From: Octopus sinensis
Lineage: Eukaryota
Assembly (NCBI RefSeq): GCF_006345805.1
Contig: NC_043003.1
Coordinates: 40,610,001-40,674,000, forward strand
Length of the DNA stretch: 64,000 nucleotides
Direction of reading: 5' to 3'
The notes under the pieces are model-generated. The model saw nothing but the letters and a program-made list of their open reading frames with translations, ran no database searches and was not told the DNA's origin. Made by a program: the position numbers and the translations under genes. Of this stretch, positions 42,319 through 55,597 are shown one piece after another; positions within the stretch are counted from its first letter, which is position 1; every line of letters begins with the position of its first letter.

Positions 42319-42439
42319 TTGTGTAAGTAAATGTACGTATTTATATGTCATGTGGATGCGTACAGGTATACAATACGTCCATTAAAAGCACATTCACATA
42401 TACATAACCCAATGTATTCGTTTGTGTGAGTGTGCGAGC

Positions 42440-42471
<32 letters not shown>

Positions 42472-42801
42472 CACGCACACACACATTCACTCATCACACA
42501 TACATGGAAGTATGTATATGTTTATAGACATATATTGTTATATCTAAAATTAAGCAGTGTGCCAACTGGAGTGTGACAAAGTGTACGAAATTCCTCACAA
42601 AAACAGAATCCAACATTGGTTACTTTTCAATTCTACATCCATCACTGAAAACAAACAGTGCATAGTCATTTCCTCTCCTTCTCCCGCCGTCTCCCACTCT
42701 CTGTCTCTGTCTCTCCTCTTTCTTTTCTCTCTCTTCCTATATGTCTGTGTGACTAAGTGTATGTGTTTATATATATATACATACACACATAATATATAAA
42801 C

Positions 42802-42847
<46 letters not shown>

Positions 42848-43461
42848 GTATGTCTGTGAGTGTGTGTGTGTGTGTGCGTGTGTATGTCTGTGAGTGTGTG
42901 TGAGCATGTATGCATATGATAAACTACGCAGTATGTATTTGTGTATATTGAAAGCAAAGGCTAAAACAAAGGTTCTCCACTCAGCGGGATACTCTGCTCT
43001 AAATTACTTCTAATTTCACGCCTTACCAAAATCATTTCGCTAAGCAGCTGGTAATGTAAATGGCCAACACTGTTCAGAACAGCGTGGTGCCTTGTTGGCA
43101 TTATGTGTATGTTGTTCTTAATGTGTGCTAAAACTGTATACTTCAGTATATGTGAGAGGGTGTAGTTGTCGGCTTTTATTATTGGGTTGTTTGTTCTTGT
43201 TGCAAATAAACTCAAACCGCTAAATTGTAACAAAATAACCAGCCGCCGAGACGTGTAAATGTCGGCTGCGAGTTGATACGGTTTCGAATTTTCAAGGCAC
43301 CAATTTTCAAGCTACTTAATTTTTCGTCACATATCATTATTCACCTTGGAATTGCATGAAGATCATAACCTCACATTTTAGCTTTGCTTAACAGCGTATG
43401 AATTTCAAGTACTGATTTACTTTATATCCTGATAATGTTTTCAAAAAGTGAATGAAATTAT

Positions 43462-44270
43462 ATTGGCTTTAAATTTTGGCTCAAGACCAGCATGTTCGGG
43501 GTAAGTCGATTACATCAAACCCGGTGCTCAACTGGTAATTATTTTATCGACACCCAGGGTATGAAAGGCAAATTCGGTCTCAGTGGAATTAGAACTCAAA
43601 GCATAAACACAGACGAAATGCCGCTAAGCATTATGCCAGACGTGCTAACGATTCTGCCAACTCGCCGCTTTATTGAATGAAATTACATTGCTTTCAAATT
43701 TGGGCACAAGGCCCGCAAGTTCGGGGAGGAGATAAGTCAATTACATCGATCTCAGTGCGCAACTGGTACTTATTTTATCCATACTGAAAGGGATGGATGG
43801 CAAAGTCGACGTCGGTGAAATTTTTAACTTAGGACGTAAAGATGGACGATATGCCATTAAGCGTTTTGCTCAACGTGTTAAAAATTATATTCGTATCTAT
43901 TCTAGACACAAGGCCCGAAATTTTGGGGGCGGTGGGGGGTTTGGCAGTCGATTAGATCGACCGACCACAGTACGGAACTGGTACTTAATTTATCGACTCC
44001 TAAAGGATGAAATGCGAAGTCGACGCGGTGGAATTTGAACTCAGAACGTAAAGACAGACGAAATTCCGCTAATTATTTCGCCCGGCGCCCTAATGTTTCT
44101 GCCAACTCGCCGCCTTGCATATACTTTTCTACGCTAGACACAAGGCCCGAATTTTTTGTGGAGGGGGCCAGGCGATTAGATCGACCCCAGTACGCAACTG
44201 CTACTTAAATTATCGACCCCGAAAGGATAAAATGCAAAGTCGACCTCAGCGAAATTTGAACTCAGAACGA
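43462..44270 (-). mobile_element. Array of four SINE B copies in the same orientation
   Basis: Copies at about 43462-43670, 43686-43880, 43895-44116 and 44120-44270; the last is cut by the PLE. Confidence 0.9.
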
Positions 44271-46272
44271 TACCATCCTTGTGAATCTTAGGAAGACCGT
44301 ACATGTGTGGTAGTTTACAGTGGTGTTGAGTCAGTTGTCTGTAGTTCATTGGTGTAAAATGATCCTTGTTCTTGATCAAGATCTGTGGCAACTTCCTCTC
44401 TGTTTTCAAAGTAGGGTCTTTCTTTACTTTGCTGTAGCTACCATCAACAAGTCTGACAACACTGAAAAGTTGGCAAGTCTTATAAGTGATGGTAGCTACA
44501 GCAAAGTTAAGAAAGACCCTACTTTGAAAACAGAGAGGAAGTTGTCATTGATCTTGATCAAGAACAAGGATCACTTTACACCAGTGAAGTACAGACAACT
44601 GACTCAATACCACAGTAAACTACCACACATGTACGGTCTTCCTCAGATTCAGAGGGATGGTATTCCATTAAGACCTATAGTGAGCTGTAGAGATTCAGCA
44701 TGTCATCCATTGAGCCGCTTCCTTTCCATTAGCAGGAAAGTCAGCATCGTACGTGAAGAATTCCACCCACTTCACAGAATTGATCAAGAATACCCCCATT
44801 GAATCCAACCAGATGGTGAGTCTAGATGTGATAAACCTATTCACCAAAGTCCCAACTGGTGAAGCACTATCGGTGATTCAAGAAAATTAGTGTCAGGCAC
44901 CCATCTAAAAGAACGCACTAGTATACCAATAAGTAACTTGATGGAAATGTCGACCTTCTGTGGTGAAACTACCGACTTCGGTATGGACACTGATATACAT
45001 CGACAAGAGGAGTGTTTAGCTATGATTTCGCTATTATCACCGGTAATAGCCAATATATACATGGAATACTTTTAGAATTTGTCTTTAGGGTCAACACCAT
45101 TAAAAACAATACTATGGCTACGATATGCTGATGACACCTTTATACTCTGGCCCCACTAAGATGTCCAAATGCTGTTAGATCATGTGAACTCAATAAAGCC
45201 ATCCATACAGTTCACAATGGAAAAGGAAAAAGACAATCAGCTGGCATTCCTGGACGTATTAATAACACGCACAAAGTATGGATTCAGGATATCCGTACAC
45301 CGCAAGCCGACGTCTACTGGACGAGACCTCAACTTCAATTTCCATCATCCATAGTGTAAAGAGAGGGATTTCTCAGTGTCTAAAACATCATGCAAAGAAT
45401 ATAAGTAGCGATCGTGATACACACCACGAAGAAATGATCAAGCTCAATAACGATCTGTTAAGCAATAACTACCCCAAAAGTATACTATCCACTCCAATTA
45501 TGAAGAAGAGAGAAGATGAGGCAAATAAACCGCCCACCCTCTGTGAAAGGCCTCTCCGAAAAGATACAAAAGATATGCGTCCCATATGACATCAGGACAG
45601 TATTCAAGAGTATTACAACACTTCGCAAATATTTCCTTCGAGTAAAACCACCAATAGAAGAGAATATGACCAAAGACTGTGTGTACTCCATCCCATGCAC
45701 CAGTGGTAGGTTATACAGGGCGAAACATGCCACCCCCTCAAAATAAGGGAAGACGAACATCGTAAAGCTGGGACACGAGGAGGTATTGATAAATCGGGTA
45801 TAGCTGATCGTGTACTCAAAAATGGAGACCACCTCTCCCTGTGGGATGAAGTTGAAATAATAGACAGAGAACACCCCTGGAAAATACAAAAAGTAAAAGA
45901 AGCAGCACATGTACTAGAACACAACACCTCCTAAGCAGACCAAGTGCAGATATGAGCAGCATATGGGAACTGATATTAAGGAAGGATAGAAAAACGTTAG
46001 ATTTATAAGCCCTAAAATTGCCCACGGGAATATGGCATAGTGGTTAAGAGCGCGGGCTACTAACCCCAAGATTCCGAGTTCGATTCCAAGCAATACTTAA
46101 TAATACTTAATAATAATAACATAGAACCTAGGTTCAAAATTTCCCCAAGACACCTGAAGAAGGCTGGAGGGTATATCAGCCATAACAACAAACAAGATGA
46201 GGACAAATATCCGTCAATATATAAATAATGTAAATATTGTACATAATTCCCCATCTCTTAAATATAGAACTG
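44271..46272 (+). mobile_element. Penelope/Poseidon-type PLE: 5' fold-back, decayed RT plus GIY-YIG, 3' pLTR with tRNA-like head
   Basis: MYGLPQI..DGIPLRPIVS, MVSLDVINLFTKVP, SPVIANIYME, WLRYADD (45124-45135), LAFLDVLI, CVYSIPC..YRGET (from 45678); pLTR 46026-46272. Confidence 0.95.
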
Positions 46273-46596
46273 TAGCTCTGAGCAAATAGCTCTATCCTGC
46301 ATTTAAAATGATATTATCTTTAATTAGCTACTATTCTAACGTGTTGAACGGTCTTGTAAGGCACGGTGGAGACCTATTTCAGTATCAGATACAAAATTAC
46401 ACAACAGAAATTATGAGAACCTGTGAGTGGTGGTGTGGGGAGCATTTATGTTGTTGAAAATAACGACGACTCTTTAATTTTACTAACTTATGGGAAATTA
46501 CTGTTTCTCTCTTTAAGTTTATAACCACAATTTCATGTGGAGTTTCAAATCTGAGTGCATCCGTGGTGAGGAGTTCAACACGCCAGCCATAGATAT

Positions 46597-46811
46597 TGAT
46601 TTCAACTTTTGACACAAGGCTAGTAGCTTTGTGGGTTGGGTTAAGTTGATTACATCGACTCTAATGCTCAAATGATACTTATTTTAGTAACCCCGAAAGG
46701 ATGAAAGGCAAAGTCGACTTCGGCGGAATTTGAACTCAGAACGTAAAGATGGACGAAATGTTGCTAAGAATTTTTCCAAGGGTGCTAACGATGCTACTAG
46801 CTCGCCGCCTT
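46597..46811 (-). mobile_element. SINE family B
   Basis: Full motif set. Confidence 0.88.
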
Positions 46812-47709
46812 ACGTCAGCCATAGCTATTTTCTACTTGTTTTTTAGTAGAATAGTATAGATTCGCGTAGAGAAGTCATGCGAATGCAGGGTAGAGTAAGG
46901 AATTGTGTAAAGAAGAAATATTGCGAATGAAAGTGATATAAAGAGCGGTTTTAATGTGATATGATATGCTATGACCATGATGTATGGCGTGGATGATGGT
47001 AGTGATGTTACGATTATTGCAAGTCGTTAGCTGTTGTGACACGGGAAAATGTCCGAAAGGTAAGTTCTGCCTGAAGAAGTTATAGGTAACTTCACTCCAT
47101 CATAAATGAGGTCTGCCATAACGTCCAGCCATTCTTGCAGCATTGTGGCTTACGGGCGTCAATTACTCTGAAATTTCTAACATTGGAGCACATGCTCCTT
47201 GTAGGGAATCTCATACTGGACAAGTCAATGGATAGAACTCAGATTAATATGGAATACCTTTTCTCAGAGGTGTAGGGGCAACTACTTTAACTAGAGGAAA
47301 GCAAATTTACAAAAGCACCGATGGCAATACAAGGCCAATTTAGACCTGGGAGAGAACTTCCCAGAGTCGGAAACAGTGGAGAAAAGTTGTCGATAGTTTA
47401 TGATCACGTGGAGCGAAGGGCTTAAAAAGAATAAGACAAAAATATGGAACGTGGTGCGTCGATGTAATGTTTTAGCAACTTAAATTATAGCCGTAATGAG
47501 AAAAACATTTCCTAGCGTCATTACTCTGACATTATTAAAGGTAAAGAATAATGACAAAATAAGTTTGCCATCAATTTGAAGATGAGTACAATACATGATA
47601 TTATTTCAAGACGCGTTTCGTTCTCATTGGATCTCCTCGGAAGTATAATCAACTCATAGGTAGTGCTCTGAAAAACAAATCATATAATGCTAATGAAACA
47701 AAAATCTTT

Positions 47710-47950
47710 CTTAGAGTGCAGCTTAGCTAAGCACATAAGCGTGTGCATGGAAAAACGCATCTCTCTCTCTCTCCTCTCTCTTTCCCTCTCACTTTCTCTG
47801 TATACCTCTTTCTGTTTATTTCCTTTCTGATGAAGAGCGTAGGCTCGAAACATAAAATACTTTATCATTTTCCCGAGCATCAAACTAATACACTTGCTTG
47901 CTGCTCATACACCTGTCTTCGTCTTTTGTTTTTCGATAAATTTCAATTAT
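47710..47950 (+). mobile_element. Solo pLTR-like repeat with hammerhead motif at 47823-47858
   Basis: CTTT-CTGATGA-A-GAGC(GTAG)GCTC-GAAA-CA-TA-AAAT; ACGT is mutated to ACAT. Confidence 0.7.
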
Positions 47951-48273
47951 ATTTATGCACGCGTACAAAGAAGCTACGGAAATTTGAACTGTTTCCGTTG
48001 AATCAGTTGTAGAAGACACTTTCCCTTAAAGGGAATGAACTCGAAACAATATGGGGATCCAGTGAAATCCTTACCCCTTTATGTGTTTACCTAAGCACAC
48101 ACACACACATACACACACACCCATACGCGCATACACGCACACATACACTCACACTTCCCCCACTCACACACGAAACACTTATACTCACATCCATCCACAT
48201 ACACACACACATGCCAATATAGAAATAGGTAAATGGATGTGTGGGTGTATATCTGTTTTTCTCGCTCTCTCTT

Positions 48274-48324
<51 letters not shown>

Positions 48325-48367
48325 ATTTCTTTATCTCTCTCTGTACCAACCTTCCCCACTCTCTCTA

Positions 48368-48420
<53 letters not shown>

Positions 48421-49607
48421 ATACACACACTTGTTACACTGTCTGTGTATCTCTTCCACATGTATGGTATAAGGCTACAAACAGTCACAAAAATATATAC
48501 ACACACATATGAGTGGCGTGAATACGCACGCCACACACACACACATACACATACACACACGTATATATACACATATATGTATATGCATGTATGTTTGTGT
48601 GTATTCGTGTATGTGATGCAGACGGTCATTTCTCACATGATAAATGCCGCCATCATCCACAGTCCAGTGCTCAAAGTAATTTTCTCAGCCAAGCGGCCAT
48701 ATTGCTATATAATATCAAACCATTTAGTTACCACTGAGCAATTAAACTGCTTCCGCTTCCGTCTCAGTGCCGTTGATCTGATCAGACACGCCACTCATTG
48801 CTATTCACGCATGTCCAATCGGCCGAATCATTTCTTTCTTCCACTTCCGGTTTTGTTTGTTTAATGTATTGTTTGTTGATAAATATATATTTGTGGTTAT
48901 TGATTTTGTTAGTGTATAGTTTCTTGTTTCTTTCACTGCCTTGTGGTTATCGTTGTTGCTGTGGTAGTTAATGTTGTTAGTGTGTTCACTGTTGATCATT
49001 AACGTATTTCTATGATTGCCTTTTTTCTCTTTTTAGTAAATTGGTTTTAATGACCACAGTGTTGTTGCTGTTCTTGTTCTTGTTGTTGGTGGTGTTACTA
49101 CTACTACTACTAATGGTGATGTAGCCATAATTTTCACTTAAGCAAACACTTTCCGTCTGTTTGAGTACCGGTCATTAATATCTACATGTTTGTTTATGCC
49201 TTTTGTTTGCTATTTTAGTTCTAACATGAATATTCTCCTCTTCCTCCTTCTTCATTTCCTCCTTCTTCTCCTTCTCCTCCTCTCTCTCCATCTCATCGTT
49301 GTTCTCTATCTCCTCCTCCACTATTTCATCATCGCCATTGAAGATCGTTACGTTGAAAATGATGATGGTTGTTGTTGACGAAGGAAACAAATACAACCAT
49401 GTTCATGATCTTACTGATGCTTCTAATGGTAATGATGATGGTCCAGAGAGACAGGAAGATAAATATGACGACGGCGACGATAATGATGCTGATGATGATG
49501 ATGACGATAATTGTGATACTGAAGATTACAGTACTGTATATCGAGGACCACTCATTTAATGATTTCCAGATTTAACCAACAAATTATATATATATTATAA
49601 TGAGATA

Positions 49608-49710
<103 letters not shown>

Positions 49711-49827
49711 TGTGTGTGTGTGTGGTGTATGTGTGTGTGAGTGTGACTGCTCTGACTGGACGTCAATCACATTAGCTTTTTCCCTTAACACACCTCATTT
49801 CATTAAGTGTCTACCTATCTACCTGTT

Positions 49828-49873
<46 letters not shown>

Positions 49874-50027
49874 CTATCTATCTATACATACCTAAACATG
49901 TACAACATACATATATGCGTACGTATATATACATATACATACATATATATACATACATACACACATGCATAAATACAGGCATATATTCATACACACATAT
50001 ACATACACAATTGTATGTATGTGTATG

Positions 50028-50063
<36 letters not shown>

Positions 50064-50611
50064 CTGATGAATATTTCTACTTTATCACGATTTACGGTAT
50101 CGTATTTAATAAAATACGTCTCATACGTGGGTGAATGATATCAAGTATCTTTTTCGAAAACAAACTTCTAAATGTATCCCATCCACCTAAAAATACGTAC
50201 CTAACATAAAATTTAAAGTCTTGGAGAAATAACTATATTCCTGACATGTGTCTATGTTGTTATAATCGGGTTCTCAGGCGCCAATGGATAGAAGTTGATG
50301 AGCCATAAACTGCCCTGTGTTGCTGGTCTAGGCACAGTGGCAAAGCTTATAATTACTGATGCTCGTAGAGTTTACTCTGACCCTGCAATCATGCTAGTCA
50401 CAGAAAGTCATGTGTAAACATAATACTTTCAAATCTGTCACATTACCACATGGAAACTGCTGTCGCTGAATTTGAATATCCCGTCGGAATTCCCACTGAT
50501 ACCAGCATCATCTCTTCTCTACCACGTGGATTTGACGTAAAAGAAAAAAAATGCGTGACTTGAACTGAGCTATGGCAACCTAAATATTCTCTCCTAGAAC
50601 CCATTTGTTAT

Positions 50612-50865
50612 GTTATTCTTTTACATATTTCAGTCATTTGACTGCGGCCACGTTAGAGCACCACGTTTAGTGGAACAGATTGGCTGCAGGACTTATACTT
50701 TCTAACTTTGTTACTTATTCTCTCGTTGTCTTTTGCCGAACCGCTAAGTTAGCGGGCATATAAACACACCAGCATTGGTTGTCAAGCGATGGTGGTGGTG
50801 GTGGCGGCGGAGGGACAAATACACACACACACACACACAAATATATGTATATATGTATATATATA

Positions 50866-50922
<57 letters not shown>

Positions 50923-51050
50923 ATATACGACGGGTCTCTTTCATTTTCCGTCTACCAAATCTACTCACAAGGCATAGGGCATTAATCGGCCCGAGGCTAT
51001 AGTACTATAGTAGAAGACAATTGCCCAAGGTGCCACGAGGTGGAACTGAA
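50612..51050 (-). mobile_element. SINE family A
   Basis: Motifs present; central (TA)n expanded. Confidence 0.85.
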
Positions 51051-51499
51051 AACAGATCCATTCAGCATTATCAGCCACAAGACGTGTTCAGGCAGAAGTG
51101 AACTTCAAGTTTAGTTTAAATGTTTGTGACATATTTCAACCCCTAAAGGCAAATTCACTGCAGTTGCAACGTGGAAAAATTTGTCTCGTATTGTAAAAGT
51201 TGTAAAAACGTTTACCATAAAATACTAGAAACACGTCTAGAAATCAGACAGGGGGAAGCACTGGATAGATATGGTGTTTTTACGCCATAAGAGAGAATCT
51301 TTTTATCCATGGTAACTGTAGTGAATTTACTTTCAGGAGTTCAAATATGTCACAAATATATTTTAAATAATCTAGTTGCTAGTTCGTTCGAATCCATCAT
51401 TCTTCTTGAGACTTCGTTTTGTTAATCTCGACTGATGCTGATTAATATTCATGGAAGCAATAATTATGTCTCCATGCATCCAGTTCACTCTGACAGTTC

Positions 51500-51800
51500 A
51501 AATTTGGCCTCTGATTCTTAATAAAATGGTTTTCTATTAATCTGAGTTTGACTACATACACCCACCTCGTTAGCGTGGTGCAAAATTCTCCTTTGGAACG
51601 TTGGCGGTGCTTGAATACTGTGCTGGATGGTGTGGCTGTGAAGAAGTGTTTCTTCACTCTGTTGTGAAGTTGTTTTCTAGGAGATTCGATGTACTTAGCT
51701 TTACAAGAATAAGATAGTTGGTAGGAAGCGTTTGATTTCAAACACTGCTAGACGTTTTCCGTTGGTTAAATCTTTCTAATCGTGCAGAGGTGTAGGGAAC
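51500..51800 (-). mobile_element. PLE GIY-YIG endonuclease remnant
   Basis: SNASYQLSYSCKAKYIESPRKQLHNRVKKH...KLRLIENHFIKNQRPNLNCQ. Confidence 0.7.
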
Positions 51801-52313
51801 AAAAATTTCGTGTGTTATTGCTGATAATATGGTTGTTGTAATTGTTGCTGCTTTTGTTGCAGCTACTGAGAGGTGGTTTCTGAGCGTCTGGCCCCGTTTC
51901 ATGATTCAAATAGGGTTGTCAGGTCTGTTGCTGTTTTTTTCAACTTAATTGCGATCGTTTCTCTGTAATAGAGTAGATTCATGTATACTAAATGTTCATT
52001 TGATTCTTTTCTCTCCATTTCTTTCCGTCTTCATTGTTACTTCTGTTGCCATTGATGTTGTAGGCACACACGCACGCACACACGCTCATAGATTGACGCA
52101 CACAGACACCCGCACCCACATATGTATACGTTTGCGCCACTGAGTCTAACAAACTAGAAATGGCGAGTTTAAATTCCTGTTCGAACTATGTAATTTTCAA
52201 AGTGATACATAATCACTGATCTTATAAAGAGAAGAATTATTATTACTATTTATGAGATCAGTATATATTTTGAACAGGAATTTAGTGACGCCATCTCTAG
52301 CAGAGCAGTTATT

Positions 52314-52356
52314 TTGTGCTGATGAAGAGAAAAATCCCGAAACTATTGGTACACAG
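52314..52356 (+). ncRNA. Minimal hammerhead ribozyme motif
   Basis: TTGTG-CTGATGA-A-GAGA(aaaa)TCCC-GAAA-CTATTGG-TA/CACAG; stem I 5/5 (one G-U), stem II 3/4. Confidence 0.7.
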
Positions 52357-52555
52357 ATATTGGTCTGAGGTGAGTGGGGACACTGAGCTCCCTTGATCGA
52401 AAATATAAGGACGCAGATAGTTCATCAATATCCAATAGAAAACGATGTTTTCTGGGGCTAAATAACGGTAACATTCGTCATAATCAAGACTGCCACATTA
52501 TGTTGGAAATAATCTTTACTCTCTCTCTCACTCTTTCTCTCTGTATATATATATT

Positions 52556-52900
52556 CTTTTGTCCTTTTATTTGTTTCAGTTATTTAACTGCGGCCATGCT
52601 GGAGCACTGCCTTTAGTCAAGCAAATCAACCCCAGGATTTATTCTTTGTAATCATAGTACTTATTCTATCGGTCTGTTTTGCCGAACCGGTAAGTAAACA
52701 CATCAACATCGGTTGTCAAGCGATGTTGGGGGACAAACACACACACACACATACACACAAACACACACACATACGACGGGCATCTTTCAGTCTCCGTCTA
52801 TCAAATCCACTCACAAGGCTTTAGTCGGGCCAAGGCTATAGTAGATGACACTTGCCAAAGGTGTCACGCAGTGGAACTGAACAATGTGGTTGGTAATCAA
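52556..52900 (-). mobile_element. SINE family A
   Basis: Motifs present. Confidence 0.85.
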
Positions 52901-52907
52901 GGAGAAT

Positions 52908-55595
52908 GTAGAAAAGTAATACGCGTGTTGATATGTATAAAGAAAATAGGAGAAGGTAGAAAATGCGAAAATAATTTTATCATGGAGTACATGTTAGTGC
53001 CCGTTCCGTTTTTTAGACAGTTTGAACTAAGAGAAAAATAAGAAAAACAATTAAAGAAGAGAAAATAAATGAAATGAAATGTTTTGTAAATATTTCCATA
53101 GTCCTCAAGTAGTGTGTGTCTCTCTCTCTCTTCCTTTGTGAATGCTTGGTCGGTAGGTATATAGCAAATATGAAAAATAGTTTTATGAATACAGGGAATT
53201 TATGGCTTAAAAAGGAGCAGCCGAATGAGGAGAAGAAGATGGAGAAGAGAAGAAGAAGAGGAGAAGAAGAAGGAGGAGAAGAAGGAGAAGAAGAAGAAGG
53301 AGGAGAAGAAGGAGGAGAAGAAGGAGGAGAAGATGAAGAAGAAAGAGAAGTGGGAGTAGTGAAAGAAGAGGAAGGAGCAGAAAGAAAAGAAAAAATAGAG
53401 GAGTGGTGTGACACAATAGATTCTTCATGGAATCTTTTTTAATGTATAAATGACCTAAAAGTGACCTGGTGTGGTCGTAGCCGTAGTGGTTGGAATTGTC
53501 CTAAATTTTTGTAGTAGTTTCATCAGTGGCGGAAGCATTCAAAAGAGGTTTACATTTTGCGATAAAATATGCTTCATTGCTAATGCGCTTATTATAGGTT
53601 GCATCGTCCCTGATTTTTTAGAGGGGAAAAATTCTGAACTCGGGTTCTTCGTTAGTAGCGCAAATATCGACGTGCTCGCTCAATCCTATTCTTTTGTATT
53701 CCCATATTTTAATCTGGAATCTATGTACCTTCATCCTCTGACGTAGACTATTTTTAGTTTGACCAATATATTGTTCTCGACACCCTGAGCAAGTTAATAC
53801 AGATATTAGATTTTCCGAAGCAAATGTGAAGTAGTTTTTCATTGTAAAACTTGATCCTGTTTGAAGGAGAATTCCGATCCCTCATTTAGGTTGACACATA
53901 TACCACAGTTAGGTCTTCCGAATTTTTTCCTGCTGCTCAATGCCATTGACGTGTGTTCTTGGGCCTGTGGTAGAAGACTTTCATTGACTTGGGCTGTCTT
54001 TTACTCTTTACGTTCTGGTGTACGTTCTGAGGATTTGATCAACTCTAGGGTCCCTGTTTAGTAAAGGGATGTTCTGGAGGATGGTGTCGAAGTCATCATT
54101 GTTTATGGGATTGTGTGTGGATATGTATGGTAGGGCTTTTGGTTGTAAATCCCTCTTTAGTTTGGGGTGTCTGAGTTCGTGGATGAATTGTAAGGCATGT
54201 TGAAATGCTATATCAATTTGTGATGGTGGGGTAGTTCCTGCTGATGAGTGTATCCTTTGTCCTTGTCGTGTGTCCCTAGTTCTTGTATCAGATAGTATAG
54301 TGCAAATTATTTTTGCCAGGTAGTAAGAGATATTCATCCTAGTGTGTCTGGGAGTGGCATGTGTTGAATGGCAGATATTGCTTGGAGTCCGTGGGCTTAT
54401 AATATATATCTGTTTCTATTTTGCTGTTGGATTTTCTTAATGAGGATTGCGGGGAATGGAAGTTGTTGATGGCTATATTCCAGTCTAAATTGAATGTTTA
54501 TGTCAGGTACATTTATAAGTACTTGAACTTCTTTAAGTCTCTCTATACTTTCGTGCCAAAGAGTGAAACAGTCATCTAGAAATCTTTTCCAGTTATTTTC
54601 TTTGTACAGGGAGAATGGGTTACCATATTTTCCTAGTACCATACGATAAAGATTGATTTCTAGGTACTCCATGACTAGGTTACCAAAATAAGGGGCCATT
54701 CGCGTGCTCATCGCAGTCCCTGATCTGTCGATTGAAGTTGTCATTAAATACGAAGAAGTTATTCTCCAAGACGAATTTTAGCCCTTCTATTACGAATTTT
54801 ATTTCGATGCTCTGTGTGAGTTCATTACAGAATAGAGGTTGACTACATCAAAAGATACTAGTATGTTGTTTTTATCTATTGTTTCAGGTAGGTGATTGAG
54901 CATATCTAGGTAGTCTCTTATGTAACTTTTGATATGCTTCAAGAATAGTTTTAAGAGGGTGTCTAAAATGTTACTGAGGCGGTGAAATTCGCATGCGGAG
55001 CCTGCTATTATGGGTCTTAATTCGAGGTCATTAGGAGTAGGTACCTTGACTGTTATGTCTGTGGCTCCGCTGCAGGCGTCACTTATTTTTTCCCTTTAGT
55101 GTATCTTAAGAATACCGTAGACTTTGACTGGATTTATTATTAAAGTTAGTCATATAATCGTATTCCTTGTCGGTGAGACCTTTTCCGTATAGGTCTAACA
55201 TTGTTATTAGGCTTATTATTTTTGTTGACTGTAGTGTTGTACCTTTTCATAATATGTTGTGTCTTCTAAAATAGATAGTACTAGGGCTAAATAATATACC
55301 GTGTACATTAAGACTACTGCACTCCCTTACCAGCATTTTGATTGGTATTGTTTTATTATATTTTAATCTGTTCAGCTCAGCCCATTCATTTTTGCTGAAG
55401 TTTGACTTGTGTTTTTGTTTGTGTATATGCTGATATGGGTAATTCGTGATGTGTTCACAGAAATGTATCTCGTGTGGGATTACGATATATAGAAGGTAGA
55501 AAAGTAACACACGAGTTGATATGTATAAGGAAAATAAGACAAGGTAGAAAATGCTAAAATAAGTTTATCATGAAGTATATTTTAGTACCGGTTCT
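52908..55595 (-). mobile_element. Neptune-type PLE, decayed, with ~100-bp direct terminal repeats
   Basis: YGILKIH, LRPIIAGS, ILVSFDVVNLY, GTAMSTRMAP, WKRFLDDCF, a Cys-type linker (GRPNCGIC) and LTCSGCREQYIGQT..LRQR..H; repeats at 52908-53007 and 55496-55595 (14 mismatches in 100 by my count). Confidence 0.92.
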
Positions 55596-55597
55596 CT

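Noticed and set aside
43462-44270. CRISPR-like repeat array
   Set aside because: The units are ~200-bp diverged SINEs in eukaryotic DNA, not short repeats with spacers.
47080-47110. CTGAAGA followed by a hairpin
   Set aside because: No GAAA after the stem.
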